From: Eledone cirrhosa
Lineage: Eukaryota
Direction: 5' to 3'
Length of the DNA stretch: 64,000 nt
NCBI GenBank assembly: GCA_964016885.1
Contig: OZ024741.1
Span: 145,576,001 to 145,640,000 of the forward strand
Shown: piece by piece, positions 24,930 through 38,627 of the stretch
Layout of the letters: the number at the start of each line of letters is the position of its first letter
Numbering within the stretch: the first letter of the stretch is position 1
Position numbers and translations under genes: made by a program
Notes under the pieces: model-generated
Seen by the model: only the letters and a program-made list of their open reading frames with translations
What the model was told of the DNA's origin: nothing
Databases searched by the model: none

Positions 24930-26001
24930 ATATATATATATACGTATATATATATATCATCATCATCATCGTTATCATTATCGTTTAACGTCTATCTTCC
25001 ATGCTAGCATATTTATATATATACATATGTATATATATAAGCACATATATATCGACTTATACATACACACACTCACACATATATATGTATATATATGTGT
25101 GTGTATGCATATATATATATATATATATATATAACTACTTTTTGTTATGGTCTTGCTTTAGTTTCTGAGAAACTGACTCAGCATGGCAGGCTGCTTTTTA
25201 ACAGCATTGAACAGTGATTTCCTTTCCATCATTTATTGATCAGTAATTATATGATATATTAGCAGTTTGAACTGAAACAACATCTATTATAGAGAACCTT
25301 ACCACCTAATGCAGTGGAAATATGCTGTGAATCCAGGCAGTTGTAAGTTAGATGAAATGATGCAGAAATGAAACATCAAATCTTTGAGATAAAATGTGAA
25401 GGAAGTATTTTTTTTTTTTAGGAGGCATTTATATGTATACACACACATACACATACACACACATATATATACCCTTTTTTTCCATATATATATATTACAA
25501 GATATATAAAAACAGTTACATCAGAATAAAAATCAAATTCGTGTGATGTAGTTTCTTGAGATTTATGGCCAGAAACTATAATAAATGGTGAGAAAAAAAT
25601 TCATGATCTCCAGATTAGTGATATTTTTTAGTTGATATCTAGAAGATTAAAGAATATAGGTCGTTTGAACATAAATGGAAATTGCTGTTTTTTATTTTTC
25701 TTAGAGAAATCTGGCTTCTTTTTAAACATATGCTTTTTAGTTTTATTATCAGCTAGATTAAATATATCTTAACTTTGATAAGAAAGAAATTGTTAACAGA
25801 AACAAATCAAGATTACCTCACCTGAACATTCTTAAGAAAAAAAAAGTTAATATTGTTTTTTTCCAAGTAAGTATTTTTCTTTAACACACACAATATATAT
25901 CCATCTAAATATCTTGCAAGTTATCTGAAGTAGAGAATGCCCTGCTTTGGGATTTTATCATATTTATATCTAGCTGTCTATCTATCCATTGTCTCTTACT
26001 C

Positions 26002-26064
<63 letters not shown>

Positions 26065-26799
26065 GAGGGTAAGAGAGAGAGAAAAAGGGAGCTCAAACAT
26101 TGAAAAGATTATGGCATCATTTTATACTCATCATCATCGTTTAATATTCATCTTCCATGCTGTATATGAAAAAAAGCAACTCCTACAGAAAAAAACTCTA
26201 TGTACCCAACAAAATTGATGGGGTTTATTTGAACATAAAATGTGATAGAACCAACAAACAAACAAAAAATATGACATAAGATTTGATATATAACATTGGT
26301 AATGAGAAACTTTGATTAGCAACTTGCAAAGAATCAGTTTTGAACATTGTGTATTTTTTCACTGCTTTGTAATAAAAAATCTAAAAATATTTAAAAGTTA
26401 GATATGGTTCATATTTTAAGCACCTCTTTTCAGAAGAAAAAAATTATCTATTAATATATTATACAGATTATAGGCTTTTTATAGTTTTCAAATATTACCT
26501 TGTATAAATATTCATATCGTAAATTTTATTTTGAAGATTTTGTTGACACATCAAATTAATATATATAGTTTGTATTTTTCTTTCCAAGAAGTAGTATTTC
26601 TACCTTGAAATTACAATCATCTTAAAAGTGAGAGTTTGCAGAATTATTAGAGCACTGAATACCTTGCAGTATTTTGTTATGGCCCTTTATGTATATTTCA
26701 AATTCAAATCTCATTGTTTTTCTCTCTTTAATAGTTTATAAAATACAGTCTAGTATTGGAGAACTTTTAATCAACTAACTCACCCACTCAACCAAATGT

Positions 26800-27135
26800 A
26801 TTCTCATCTGGAACACCACAGCCAGTGACTCTTGCTTCCTCCCACATCATGCAGGCCAAGGTAAATGTAGGGGTCACTGCTTCCATTGCCGAATGGAATA
26901 AATTTCGGAAATACCTGGATTTATTCAGTAATTATTTTTTTCCAGGCTGTGGCGTTCAAGTTGTTTGGTGGAGTTTGGCCACTGGCAGCGAAGTTCTTGT
27001 CATCGCTGGCAGCTCGGCTTACTGAAGTGTCAGGTGATGCCCATGAAGGTGCTTGGTTGTTCCAGCACCTTAGCTTCACCATCACCCATGGCAATGCTGC
27101 GAGCGTATTGGCTTGCCTCAAAGTGTTTTGTTAAC
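26800..27135 (+). pseudogene. restriction-like endonuclease domain of a CRE/NeSL-type non-LTR retrotransposon
   Basis: LIWNTT, TLASSH..ASIAEWNKFRKY, FQAVAFKLFGGVWP..FLSSLAARL..GDAHEGAWLFQHLSFTITHGNAASVL, across frameshifts. Confidence 0.8.
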
Positions 27136-27484
27136 CCTTATGATGTGATGTGCAGCCGATTGTCGCACTTTGTGGTGAATTGATGGTCGTTTTTGTTTTT
27201 GCTTCGTCCCTTTTTATTCTTTTTTTCTGTGTTTTATGCATTTATATTTGTGTTTATCAACAACATTATCCCTCATCTGGGATGCCACAAGTTCCTTGCC
27301 TTAGTTGCTTTGGCCACAATCCCACAGGAATGAAATTCAATGGTGGGTTTCACACTATTTGAAATCAGAATGTAAGAAGTTGTAGCTAAATACTGTAACA
27401 TTCTGACCAATGTTCTAACGATTCTGCCTATTCAACTGATGAAATAATTACCAGACAAAGGCCTGTGGAAATTAAAATTGACTA

Positions 27485-27726
27485 AAAACCCTTAAAGTTT
27501 TTGTGACTCTATTTCTAATAAAATACACTCTATTTCAATTAATTAATGAAGAATTTTCAGTGATTTACGAATTTATTAATTATTTTATCACTAAGATAGT
27601 AACTTAATATTGTTTTTTATGAAATATATCGGAAGATTTTAATTTAAATAAGAATCTGTTATAATGAGTGGTTTTATTTCATAGAATCAGAGATTGGCCT
27701 GGCTGGATTGGTATCGAAAGGGTTAA
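27485..27726. mobile_element. TTAA-flanked MITE
   Basis: Ends GGTATCGAAAGGGTTAA; reverse orientation relative to the 2245 copy. Confidence 0.55.
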
Positions 27727-28560
27727 AAGTGGTAGCTGAAGTCCAATGATTGAAAACACATACACATAAGATGAGTTGTATATTTATGTGCATACATATG
27801 TGTTTTTGTTTATATACATCTACAACAAATACCAACTCTCCCTTGCTTTCTTTCAAGAGGTAATGAGAGCATGTATTGCTTTTACTATCTAGTTTTGTTT
27901 TACATTCTCCCTGTCTCTCACCAATGGCAAATATTTCTATATTTTGTACAGCTCTTCCACTTTCTTTCTTCCATTTATCTGTCATATTCATTATATTCAT
28001 TTTTTTCCCTTCCTCAAACATTCATTCAATTGCTTTCTTTCTCACCTGTCCATTCCTCACAACATTGCTTTTATATACTATCTTTTGTGTTTCCCTTTTT
28101 AGTGACTATCTTTCTTCCTTGTTCTAACATACACCACACTGACAATTCACTTACTCTTCTAACATACATCTTTGCACCTTCTCCCTCTCCACTGCTCTCT
28201 GTCTGTTTTTATCTCTATTGCAACTAGCAACTACAACATTCCAACAGCATGACAGAACCAATCAACAAAAAAAGTGACTTGTGAGTTGGGCTTTTATATA
28301 TAGATACTCTTTTTTATACATAAAAACTCTCCTATATGAGCGAGACACAGTCACCTGACCCAACTTGCCTCTAAATGGGACAGACTTGTCTAACCTATGC
28401 TAGCATGGAAGATAGATGATGATGATGCTGATACATAAAGGACTAAAGAAATGAAAAAAAATCAATAATATAAAATATTTAATTTGAATACACAAACAAA
28501 AGCACACATGCACATACACAAGCACTCACACACACGCACACACACACACACATTTATATA

Positions 28561-28979
28561 CATGTCACTGGACCGAGATCTTTGGCGCTATGCAGTAATA
28601 CAGAAACCCCGCATTGCCTACAAAGCGAAACCTACAGTCAGTAGGTACCTCTTAATCAAATATACACCCCCATCCCACTACCCCAACTGCCCCACCCCCA
28701 TCAACACCTTTCTCTGTAAAGTTATGTTGGTACCACAACATCCAGTCCTAAATAAATGAGGTTGTGTAGGTAACATGGTAAAAACCTCCCAGTCAACACT
28801 GTAAACGTGGTTGGTGTTAGGAAGGGCATCCAGCCGTACAAAACCTGCCAGACAGTCCTATACGAGCGAGATGACCAATCTTGCCTCAAGTGGGACAATT
28901 CCCGTCTAAACCCATGCTAGCGTGGAAGACACATGCATACACACATGCACACACACACGATGATGATGATGATGATGAT
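28561..28979 (+). mobile_element. RTE LINE 3' end with (GAT)n tail
   Basis: MSLDRDLWRYAVIQK followed by a 3' UTR homologous to 57833-58335. Confidence 0.85.
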
Positions 28980-28985
28980 ATCCAT

Positions 28986-29438
28986 TCATCATCATCGTTT
29001 AATATCCGTGTTCCATGCTTGCATGGGTTTGGACGGGAGTTTTCCCACTTGAGGCAAGAGTGGTTGTCTTGCTCGCATAGGACTGTCTGGCGGGTTTTCT
29101 ACAGTTGGATGCCCTTCCTAACACCAACCACATTTACAGTGTGGGGCTGGGAGGTTTTCACCGTGTTGCCTACACGGCCACATTACAGCGTGGACTATCT
29201 GGCAGGTTTTCTACAGCTGGATGCCCTTCCTAACACCAACCACATTTACAGTGTGGGACTGGGACGTTTTTACCGTGTTGCCTACACGGTCACATTACAG
29301 CGTGGACTGTGTGTTTTTTTTTCGTGACACCTACACGATCTCATTTGTTTCGGCCTGGATTTTGTGGCACCAACATAACTTTACATTGAAAGGGGCGGTG
29401 TAGATGAGGTGGGGGTGGTGGGACGGGGGTGTATTTTG
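28986..29438 (-). mobile_element. RTE LINE 3' UTR
   Basis: Reverse complement of about 57872-58330. Confidence 0.85.
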
Positions 29439-30606
29439 TATCCATTATATCTTAAATTTATGCAATTCTATAATTTGCTAAAAAATTCATTTTTAAGCTA
29501 CTTCAATAGTAGCATTCTATAATAATTGAAATTCTGCAGATATATAATGAATAGAAGCTCTAAGTTTAAATAATGGCAAAATGCCAAGATAGCATATATT
29601 TTGTTCAAGTTTGAGTGAGAAAAAAATTCCAACTGATTATACTGATAAAACTGTTAATCAGTATTATTAATATCATTGCTACATGAAAAAAAAATATAGT
29701 TTAATATTTCATGATTGATAAAATTTCCTCCTAATGATTAAAAACTTTGGGAAAACGTTTACATGTAACTATTACAATTTAAAGTTTAAACAGATATATG
29801 AAATATGTTAAATTAAAAATTGATTAAGAAAACCATCATGTATTGGACATTAATTTTCCTCCCTCAAATATTCTAAAGTGAATGAATCAATATAATAATC
29901 TAACAGAATATTACTGATAGATTTTTATATTTGAAATGTTTGAAAGGTGAAAGCAAAACAAGATTTTTTGTCAGTAGACAAAACAAAAAAATAAATAAAT
30001 AAAAGAAAAAAGAAAAGGAATGAAATATATACATGGCATTGACTCAAATTACCATTTTCATTTTTTCAATAATTCCTGACAATATATCCTGAACATTATT
30101 ATTATGAACTCAATTCATTAATTGAAATCAGGAATAAATCTTTAAAAGCCAAATTGATTATTTCAATGGCAGGAATAAATTCCCTTCAGATAGAATTAAA
30201 ATGCATATAAGAAGTATAAGAAAATCTTATAAGAACCATAATAATATTCTCTCATCATTTCTCAAACAAACAATAGCTATTTACAGGTGGCAAATTGCCA
30301 GGATATTAATTGAAAACTTTTCAACTACTTTTCTGCTTAACCCTTTCATGACCATATTTTAAAAGAAATGGACAGTATATATGTTTCAAGACATTTGGAA
30401 AACAATCAAACATTTGAAGGTATTTAGTAAAATAGTTGTAGTTTTTTAATTAATAAGCTAGTATATAAAATTGTAACAGTTACATATATATATTTAGATA
30501 CAAATGCTTTAAAATGGACAACTCCATGGGCGATCTCAGGTGGGTTGGTATCAAGATATGTGAATTGTCTAGCATGTTTAAAGATTTCTTCTTGTTCTTC
30601 GCCCAC

Positions 30607-31200
30607 TTATTCCTGAGAGGGTTGTGGGGGCAGGGTCCTCAAAAACTCCTTCCAGCACGTCCTGTGAGAAGCAATTGACTCCAACTGATCCAGCTGGATC
30701 CCCAAGCAAAATGAGCCAAGCTCATGAATGTTATGTAACCATCTTGCTGAGAGACTACTGTTGAGTCTCCTATTGGTTGGTTTTGCCAGTAAAATCTGTC
30801 CAGCAATTCTTTCCTGATACATTCTAACCACATGCCCATAGTATTGGAGTTGTGATCTTTCAATTTGAAGAACTAGCAGCTCTACTTGGTATGACTCTCT
30901 AATCTCCAAGCTACCCACTCTATTGAGTAACGTTACTCCAAAGACCTTTTGAAGGAACTCCATTTCAGCCACTTATATTCATCATTATCCAAGATTCATG
31001 ACTATAGGTAAAATTGAAGACAGCAAGTTTGGCTTTTACGCCTACCTCCCTTCTTCTGATTACTGAATGCTGAAGCTGGTGCATTATTGCAACAACTCCT
31101 GAAAATCTTGCACTTAATTTAGCCTTCTGCTTTCCATCACTTGTGAACATGGCCTCGAACTTCTCTACCTGCTTCAGTGGAACTCCATAAGTGCATTGTG
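30607..31200 (-). pseudogene. RTE-type LINE RT C-terminal fragment (divergent family)
   Basis: LKQVEKF, FTSDGK, AEMEFLQKVFGVTLLNRV, IERSQLQYYGHVVRM. Confidence 0.8.
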
Positions 31201-32004
31201 TAGGCTTCACTGAGGGCGATAAGTGCACTGCATAGGTTTCTGTTTGAGGGTGATAAAAAAGTACCTATCCAGTACGGTAGTCAATTCTTTCTCTGTATCT
31301 CTCTCTCTGATAAAATGTACACAGTATACTCTGTAAAGAAGAAGACCATCCAGTTGTAGAAATATCCAAATATGTGCAAGGCATATTTCACTGACCTGTC
31401 TAGTGCTGGACAGTAACAACTTATTCAACCTTGGCCAGCATGAAAAGCTGATGTAAAATGATGATGATGATAATGATACTTATATTGATATAAATAACTT
31501 TACCATTCTTTTATAACAAAACTGAGCTTATGTCTCAATAAATGGAAGTCAATACTCAGTGCTTTTTTCTCACAAACCACCTGATTTCTGTATTTTGTTT
31601 TCTTCACCTTGGCAGATAAATCAATTCTTTGAAAGAAATTAAGTTAGACGCACAGCATCAATATAATCCATCGAAAACTATCTTGATCATCTTAGCACAA
31701 ATAAAGTCTCTAACAGCAGGGAACCAAATCTCTACCATTGTTAATTCAGGGGAAAACAACACTAAGATACAATGAAGAACGAATTGAATATTTGTTACGG
31801 ACATGCAGACAAGACATAAACAGAATGCATACCCACACACATATATGCATTCATAAATAAACTCCCCCTCACATCTTTATATATATGTTTGTGTGTGTGT
31901 GTTTGTATGCACACACATAAAACCGTACTATATCGCCTTTGTTAGTATCGCTGCAAGGAACTTTACAGTCACAAAACAATATTTCTGATTTCCGCTCTTA
32001 TAAA

Positions 32005-32685
32005 TAATTCAACAATAACTGCAGCAATCATAACAATACCAATAACACCAGCAACAATTACAACTACAAGCAATATTAATAACAACAAGAAGAAAAACAG
32101 TGACAAAAACACTTGAACCAATAGTAAGAAAACAAAACAGAAACAAACAGGAAAATATGACTACCGCAAAAATAAAAAAAAACAGACACAATGGTTAAAA
32201 ACTTTAACCACACAGCAACAAGTATAGAAAATAACATAACAAAAACAGAAGGAATATTTTGTACCAAACAACAACAGAAGCAAAATTAGTACCAAGCAAC
32301 AACAAAAAATGAAATAAATACCATCCATAGAACCACCAACATCATGATCAACAACAACAGAATTGCAGTAGTAGCAGTTTAGCAAAAATAATAAAAAAAA
32401 TAAAAAAATAAAAATACAAACAAAAAACAAAACAGAAAAGAACTAAAGAAAAGGCACAGCAAAAAACAAAATACATCTACAGAAAAAAAAACAGCCACAA
32501 TAGTTAATAGAAGTATGTACAGCAGCATGATCAATAGAAAAAATACAATAATGATGACAACAACAACAGCAGCAATATGAGTACCTAACAAAAACAATAG
32601 AACCAATATTAACACCAAACAAGAACAGCAACAATACAAGTAAAGGGAGACAAAGAGGGATCCTCTACCATCAAAATAAATTGTT

Positions 32686-32724
<39 letters not shown>

Positions 32725-32762
32725 CAGACAGAACAGAAAGAAAATAGAAACAAAAAAAAAAG
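32005..32762. repeat. (CAA/AAAC)n-rich low-complexity tract
   Basis: Degenerate A/C-rich repeats. The minus-strand ORFs here are artefacts. Confidence 0.75.
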
Positions 32763-33609
32763 ATAAGAATGGTTTGATTGAAGGAAATGAAATTTGTGAG
32801 CTTTGCAAGTTGTGTAACAACTATTACTAAACATAAAGTGGAGGTTGAGTGCATTGGTTACAATGTGAGCAGAGATTGAATTTTCTGGACTCTACTGAAA
32901 TAATTTTAGGCCAGTATTTTCACTGATTTCAAAAGGAGTGTATTCACTGTAAACATACATTGTATTGGCATTCAGTTCTTAATTATGTGTGAAATGTTTA
33001 CTAAAATAACAAACTTGCATTTATTTATGCAACAGTGATGTTAGAATATCAAGCCCTTCACATCCAAGAGAGGGAGAGAGAGAGAGAGACAGGGTGTGTG
33101 TGTGTGTGAGAGAGAGAGGGGGGGGGGGGGAATTGTAAGAGCAAGTAGGAAAGAAGTAGGAGTAAGAAAAAGAAAGAAAGCTCATAAAAATGGTGCAAAC
33201 ATGCTTTATAATTTCATTGCAGATGTTAACTTTAGAGGTCATCGAATTATAAAACATTGCTTCAAACAGGTCTCCATAATTAGTATGAAGCTTGCCATGG
33301 ATAATCTCTGCTTTAAACGGTTTTAAAATTTGTGTTGTTACAGAAAGAGATAGTGAAATTAGAAAATATTTTGTTGTTATTCTTGTTGTTGTTTTGTTAT
33401 AGGTTTGCTCTGATCCAGCAGACCTATGACCAAAGCCACCCCAATGTTGTTAGACCATCCCCATATCTTGTGAAAGGGACATTAACATCTTTGATACCAA
33501 ACCAGCTGAAACTAGCCCTGGCCATACAATACTAAGCTGTTTATTTTGAAGTGTTTATGTTCATCTAACAGCACCATAGGTATGTTCTTACAGCACTACT
33601 CCTGTCTTC

Positions 33610-33905
33610 GATACAGAATGGGTGCATTTATCTGGGATTAGCACTATCATTTTACTTAGTGTACCTAGTGCATTTGATCATGGCACCAACACTACTAATT
33701 TCCAGATTGTACAGGGTGTATTTTAAAAAGGCACCTGTTCTACCACATTACAGAGTGTACTGTGGGCATTTTATCATGTCACTAGCACTACCACTTTACA
33801 GAATGTACTGTGTATTTTATTATGGTACTGGCACTATCATTTCACAGAGTATATTAAGTACATTTTATCATGGCACTAGCACTACTGCTTTACAGAGTGC
33901 TTATT
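33610..33905. repeat. degenerate ~45-50-bp tandem repeat
   Basis: About 6 units of GCACTAGCACTACCACTTTACAGAGTGTACTG..CATTTTATCATG. Confidence 0.6.
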
Positions 33906-34515
33906 AAACAAATCCTCACCGAGACATACCCCATATTAGGGATTCTCCATTGGCCTACAGGATTACGTGAAATTCAACAGAGGTTAGAGTATATGGATAA
34001 CCATACTGAATTCCCAAGGGATTGCCAACAATGATTTACATGTCCTTCCCCTTTTTTAAGATAGTAGAGTGTAATTTAAAAGAAATTTGGCTGCTGTTTC
34101 TAGTAACCCCATAGAATTGCACTTAGATCATATAAAAATACACTTGTTAGCTGACACAAGGATAACTTTCTATGAGGTGGTGGTGTTGGTGGTGGTGGTG
34201 AGGCAGGCTGTTTAGCAACAGTGGCAACAGTTGTAACTGACTAAGATATTGTGATAGTAGTGGTTCAGGTTATAGTATATAACACAGCTTATCGGTGGAG
34301 AAACAAGTATATAGCCATGACAGAAAACTAATTTAACATGATTTAATCTCTTGTATTTGAAAAGTAAGATTAACTTGTCACCAAACTCAAAACCAGTTGA
34401 TTTATGTATTTAAACAATTCATCCTGTGTTCTCTTTAAACTGAATAAGTATACAGTTTATAAGTTATGCATGGTAGTTATAGGTTGTGTATAGCCAATAA
34501 GTTGGGTATACTCTA

Positions 34516-34773
34516 TTAACCCTTTTAATACTTAACCTACATGAAACTTTCCCTGGTTCTATGATAAACCTGTCCATTTTAAAGTCTTTATATCTAAATT
34601 AAAACCTTCCACCATCATTTTATATAATAACTGTTTTATTATCTTCTAAATGTCAACTTAATAAAAAAAAGTTATTTTATCAAAACCCACAAATTTGTGA
34701 TTTCTTTTTTTTCCAAAATTAATTGAAACACATTCAATGTGTTTTATGAGAAATATGAGAATAAAAGTATTAA
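34516..34773. mobile_element. TTAA-flanked MITE
   Basis: TTAA-CCCTTTT...AAAAGTA-TTAA. Confidence 0.55.
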
Positions 34774-35859
34774 TATTAATATTACATGCCATCTATAATG
34801 TTATGTATATTTACAGTCTATAAGTTGTGTATTGTGTATAATTATACAGTTTCTTAACTGTTGTGACAATAACACACTGTCTCTTAACTCTTAACATTCT
34901 GTACTATATGAAACCACATTACCAAGACATTGTTGAAAAGTTCAAAACAGTACTATGACTAAACAACAAAATTTATTTTCGCTCTTAACATGGTGGATAC
35001 CTAAATGTAATCATGAGTGAACAATAATAATATTACAATAACATCATAATATTATTAATATTTGGTTTGTTTGCAAGCAAACAGCCTCATAAACACCATG
35101 TGTGTTTTCTAGATGAACAACTTCATCCTATTGTTCCAGTGGTAGCTGAGAGAAAACAATCTACAATTGTTTTGGAGTGTTTGCTCCTTATCAAGATTGT
35201 CTTTTCTCGTGTCTGCTACTCACTGGAACTGATGAAAATACACAGTGTGTGACAAGGCTGGCCCCTTTTGAATTACAGATACAGTTCAACAACCAGGCTT
35301 CCAAACAGTTTTCATCTACCCTACTTCATTCACAAAGTATGGGTTGAACTGAGGCTATGGTAAATGAAACTTGCCTAAGATACTAGGCAGTGGGATTAAA
35401 TTCCAGGCCTAATGATTTCAAAGCAAACTTCTTAACCATTTGGTCATGCCTCATCCACTGGCTGTCATGAGATCTTGATAAAATACATAATCTTCATTTA
35501 AGTGGACATAAGAAAACTTGAGCAACTTCTGAGTAAGCCTTTCATTCCCATTGTTTATTTTTGTGTATTTGAAGATGTTAGAAGATATATTAATTGATTC
35601 CCTTACTGATATCTTTAAACTTCAGAGTTTCCTATATTCCCTGGCTTTATATATGTATTAGATATTTAATTCAATAAGTTGAAATCAATTTTACATATAT
35701 ATTTTCTTGGAAATGTACTTAAAGATTTAACAAATATTTAGACTTGATTTACATCTTCAAAGCTAAGAAATTGAACTTTATTTATGTAATACATTCAGTG
35801 GAAAATTGGGTTAAAAGGACTTTAATTTCTGTGAGAGAATGAATTGGTGAAGAAAGGAT

Positions 35860-35895
<36 letters not shown>

Positions 35896-36863
35896 AGAGA
35901 TGAATGAAAAAGAGTCAAGGGAGAGAATGAGTGTGTTAGAAAAGAGGAATAAGAGAGTAAGGAATGAGAGAGAAGTAAGGGAGGGTAAAAAGAGAAATGA
36001 ATAAAATACTGAAGGGGAGGGGATAAAAGAAAACAAGGAACAAGAGGGAAACAGAGACAAAAGAGATGAGTGAGAGAAAGATAAAGAAATAGAGGAAGAG
36101 GGTGAAGGAGATGGAGAAAGGAAGAGGGTGAGAGTTACCTTATTAGTTTCCAGTGTGATTATCCTGGAGCAAAGAAATGTTTTTATCTGGAAATGTTAAT
36201 AAAGTAAGAAGAAAGAATGATAGTTTTATTCCATCATCCCTTTTCATCTAAAATATAGATTTATATTGTTTAAAGGTCAAAGTAATAAGCCATGTTATTA
36301 CTTAGACTTCTATTTTTAGAATTCCAAGACTCATTACTTTGATATCTTTTATATGTTTTCTCATTCAAACGGATATGAAAGGATTTTTAATTTTGAGGAT
36401 AATTCCATTTATAAGTGCTTCCTATTTTATAGATTTATATAATATTATGTACACTCACACACACACACCACAAGTGCACACACACACACATATCATCACA
36501 ATCATTTACATAATTTTTCCTTGTTTACTTATGTTCCCACATTCTACCAGGTTCTTGGGTGAGCCAGGGGCACATCGTACTTACAAATGGTTCCCACACT
36601 TTAATGAGTGCATTTTATCATGACATAGGGAATTTTTCATGTCTTTGAAAGAGCTAAAGAGTCCTTCCAATCTTTTTCTTTTGGTGAATTTTCTAAATGT
36701 GGATGCTTTCCCCATTGCCAACCACTTGACAGAGTGTACAGGGGTCATTTATTTTGTAAATAACCAACAATATATACATACTTATTGCTAGCAGGTGAAA
36801 TGGACGTTAAATGATAATGCTATATATATATATATAAGTGGTAACACAACAGTTAGTTCACCA

Positions 36864-36906
36864 TACCGAGAACAATTGTTTCACCTTTGCGGATCTTCAG
36901 CTCGTA
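36864..36906 (-). ncRNA. minimal type I hammerhead ribozyme
   Basis: TACGAG-CTGAAGA-TCCGCAAAGGT-GAAA-CAATTGTT|CTCGGTA, within an ~85-bp insert in (TA)n homologous to 54692-54762. Confidence 0.7.
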
Positions 36907-37118
36907 CTCTCGTACTACTATATATATATATACATTTTTTTAAATTTTTTTATGTATATATATATATATATATATATATACATGCATGGTGTGTTTGTGT
37001 GCACAAATGTGTACATAAATAAATGATACAATAACAGTAAAGATGAAGTTACATCCCTTTATTTCTTACAATGGTTTCAGCAAAAATACTTGCTTTCATA
37101 TCTCTCATATATTATATA

Positions 37119-37222
37119 TCCCGCCGAGGTTAACTTTGCCTTTCATCCTTATGGGGTTGATAAAATAAAGTACCAGTAATACACTGGGTAATTGCTGGCC
37201 TTGTGCCAAAAGTAGAAACAAT
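37119..37222 (+). mobile_element. SINE family A 3' half
   Basis: CCCGCCGAGGTTAACTTTGCCTTTCATCC...AGAAACAATT. Confidence 0.8.
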
Positions 37223-37509
37223 TATATATGACACTGATACATTTGTTTGTATGTATGTGTGTGTGTGTATTTTCATTCTAAAGAAAAATTCAGCAAATAA
37301 ATGTTGATTTTTCATTCAATATTTGTATCTGAATCAGTTCTGTATCAAAGCAAGATAAAGTAATTAAGTAAGCAAGCTTCCCTAGTTATCCAACAACCAA
37401 TCATGAATAAGGTTTCATCAAATATGTTAAAAAACATTTTTATTTTATGTTATCAGATTTTTCTGTTGAGGACCAGACTAAATAGTAAAGGGTCAGAGAT
37501 CCCTATAAT

Positions 37510-37978
37510 ACAGACTATCATCATCTGTTGCCTGTCATAAGCCTTCTTCCATCTTGATGGTATGTTGTCTGATTGCCATATGAGTTGGATGAGCACAAGG
37601 AGTTATTCAAGCAGCACTGTGCCTCCAGCATTGATCGCTTCTGCGGTGACTTGGTCCAATGTATGCTACAGTGGTTTGGCCACATATGCAGGATGAGCTC
37701 CAGAAGACTACCACACCAACCTTTGTCATAACAACAATATATGCAGTGGAAAATCTAGTGCAGCGCTCTAAGAAAGACATGGGCGAAACAAATTGAAGAG
37801 GACCTGAAATCGCAACACCCTGACCTCAACCATGCTAAGTTCAGTACCATGGATAGAAAAGCATGGAAGAACATCATCATCATCAGAGTTCATCATCTAG
37901 TGACACCGACAGCTGCATATTGGTTGACAGGACAGCCTCCCCCCAATTGCCAGCTAAGGATCAAAGAAGAAGAAGAAT
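37510..37978 (+). pseudogene. decayed RTE-type LINE 3' fragment
   Basis: LQWFGHICRMSSRRLPHQ..RKTWAKQIEEDL, (GAA)n tail. Confidence 0.65.
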
Positions 37979-38365
37979 AACTGACAGAAGAACACTAAGT
38001 AAAAAAGGGGTGATATTCCTGTCCTTTCATATAAATATATAGTATATCTGATATATCAGTATATATAGTGTACACTATATAGTATCATAATCTTATGGTT
38101 GCTGTGTGTGGCCCAGAAACCTGAGCTGATGGAAGAACATGTAAGGGAAGATGTTCCTGTTTCATTTGTAAAAATTAGATTCCCAGAAATAATAAAAAAT
38201 ACTAATATAAACACATTAGACATACTGATTAGTGATCAAACTGATACTGAAATAATAGAATTGGAATATGAAAATCTTAAATTATAAACTATATGTAAAA
38301 AATAATATGCTATTAACAAAGTGTTGTAGTTTTCTTGAAGCATTGCGGAATAAGAAATACGAATA

Positions 38366-38627
38366 TAACTAGGAAATAAGTTAAATTATTTGGAAGCCTG
38401 ACAATGCATGTGAGATTGTAAGTGCCAAGGTAATAAGAATTAGAGAAAAGAGTGTGAATGGTAGAATTTTACCTTAAATATTTTGGATAATTTAAATTGC
38501 TAAGGTTCTACTGTTCTCACTTTTTTCCCAGTTCTTTTATCCTATTTTCTCTTATTCTAATTACCTTGGCACTTACAATCTCACATGCATTGCCGGTTTC
38601 CAAATAACTAAACTTATTTCCTAGTTA
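38366..38627. repeat. ~85-bp inverted repeat pair
   Basis: CAATGCATGTGAGATTGTAAGTGCCAAGGTAAT (38402) versus ATTACCTTGGCACTTACAATCTCACATGCATTG (38560). Confidence 0.85.

Noticed and set aside
33610-33905. CRISPR-like spaced repeats
   Set aside because: Degenerate tandem units with no unique spacers, in a eukaryotic context with no cas genes.
37062-37100. Minus-strand ATGA-(A)AGCAAG/TTTGCT-GAAACCATTGTA remnant
   Set aside because: CUG and stem I are missing; at best a truncated relic.
38099-38287. 62-aa ORF with natural-looking composition
   Set aside because: No recognisable motif or clear splice signals; cannot be supported without a search.
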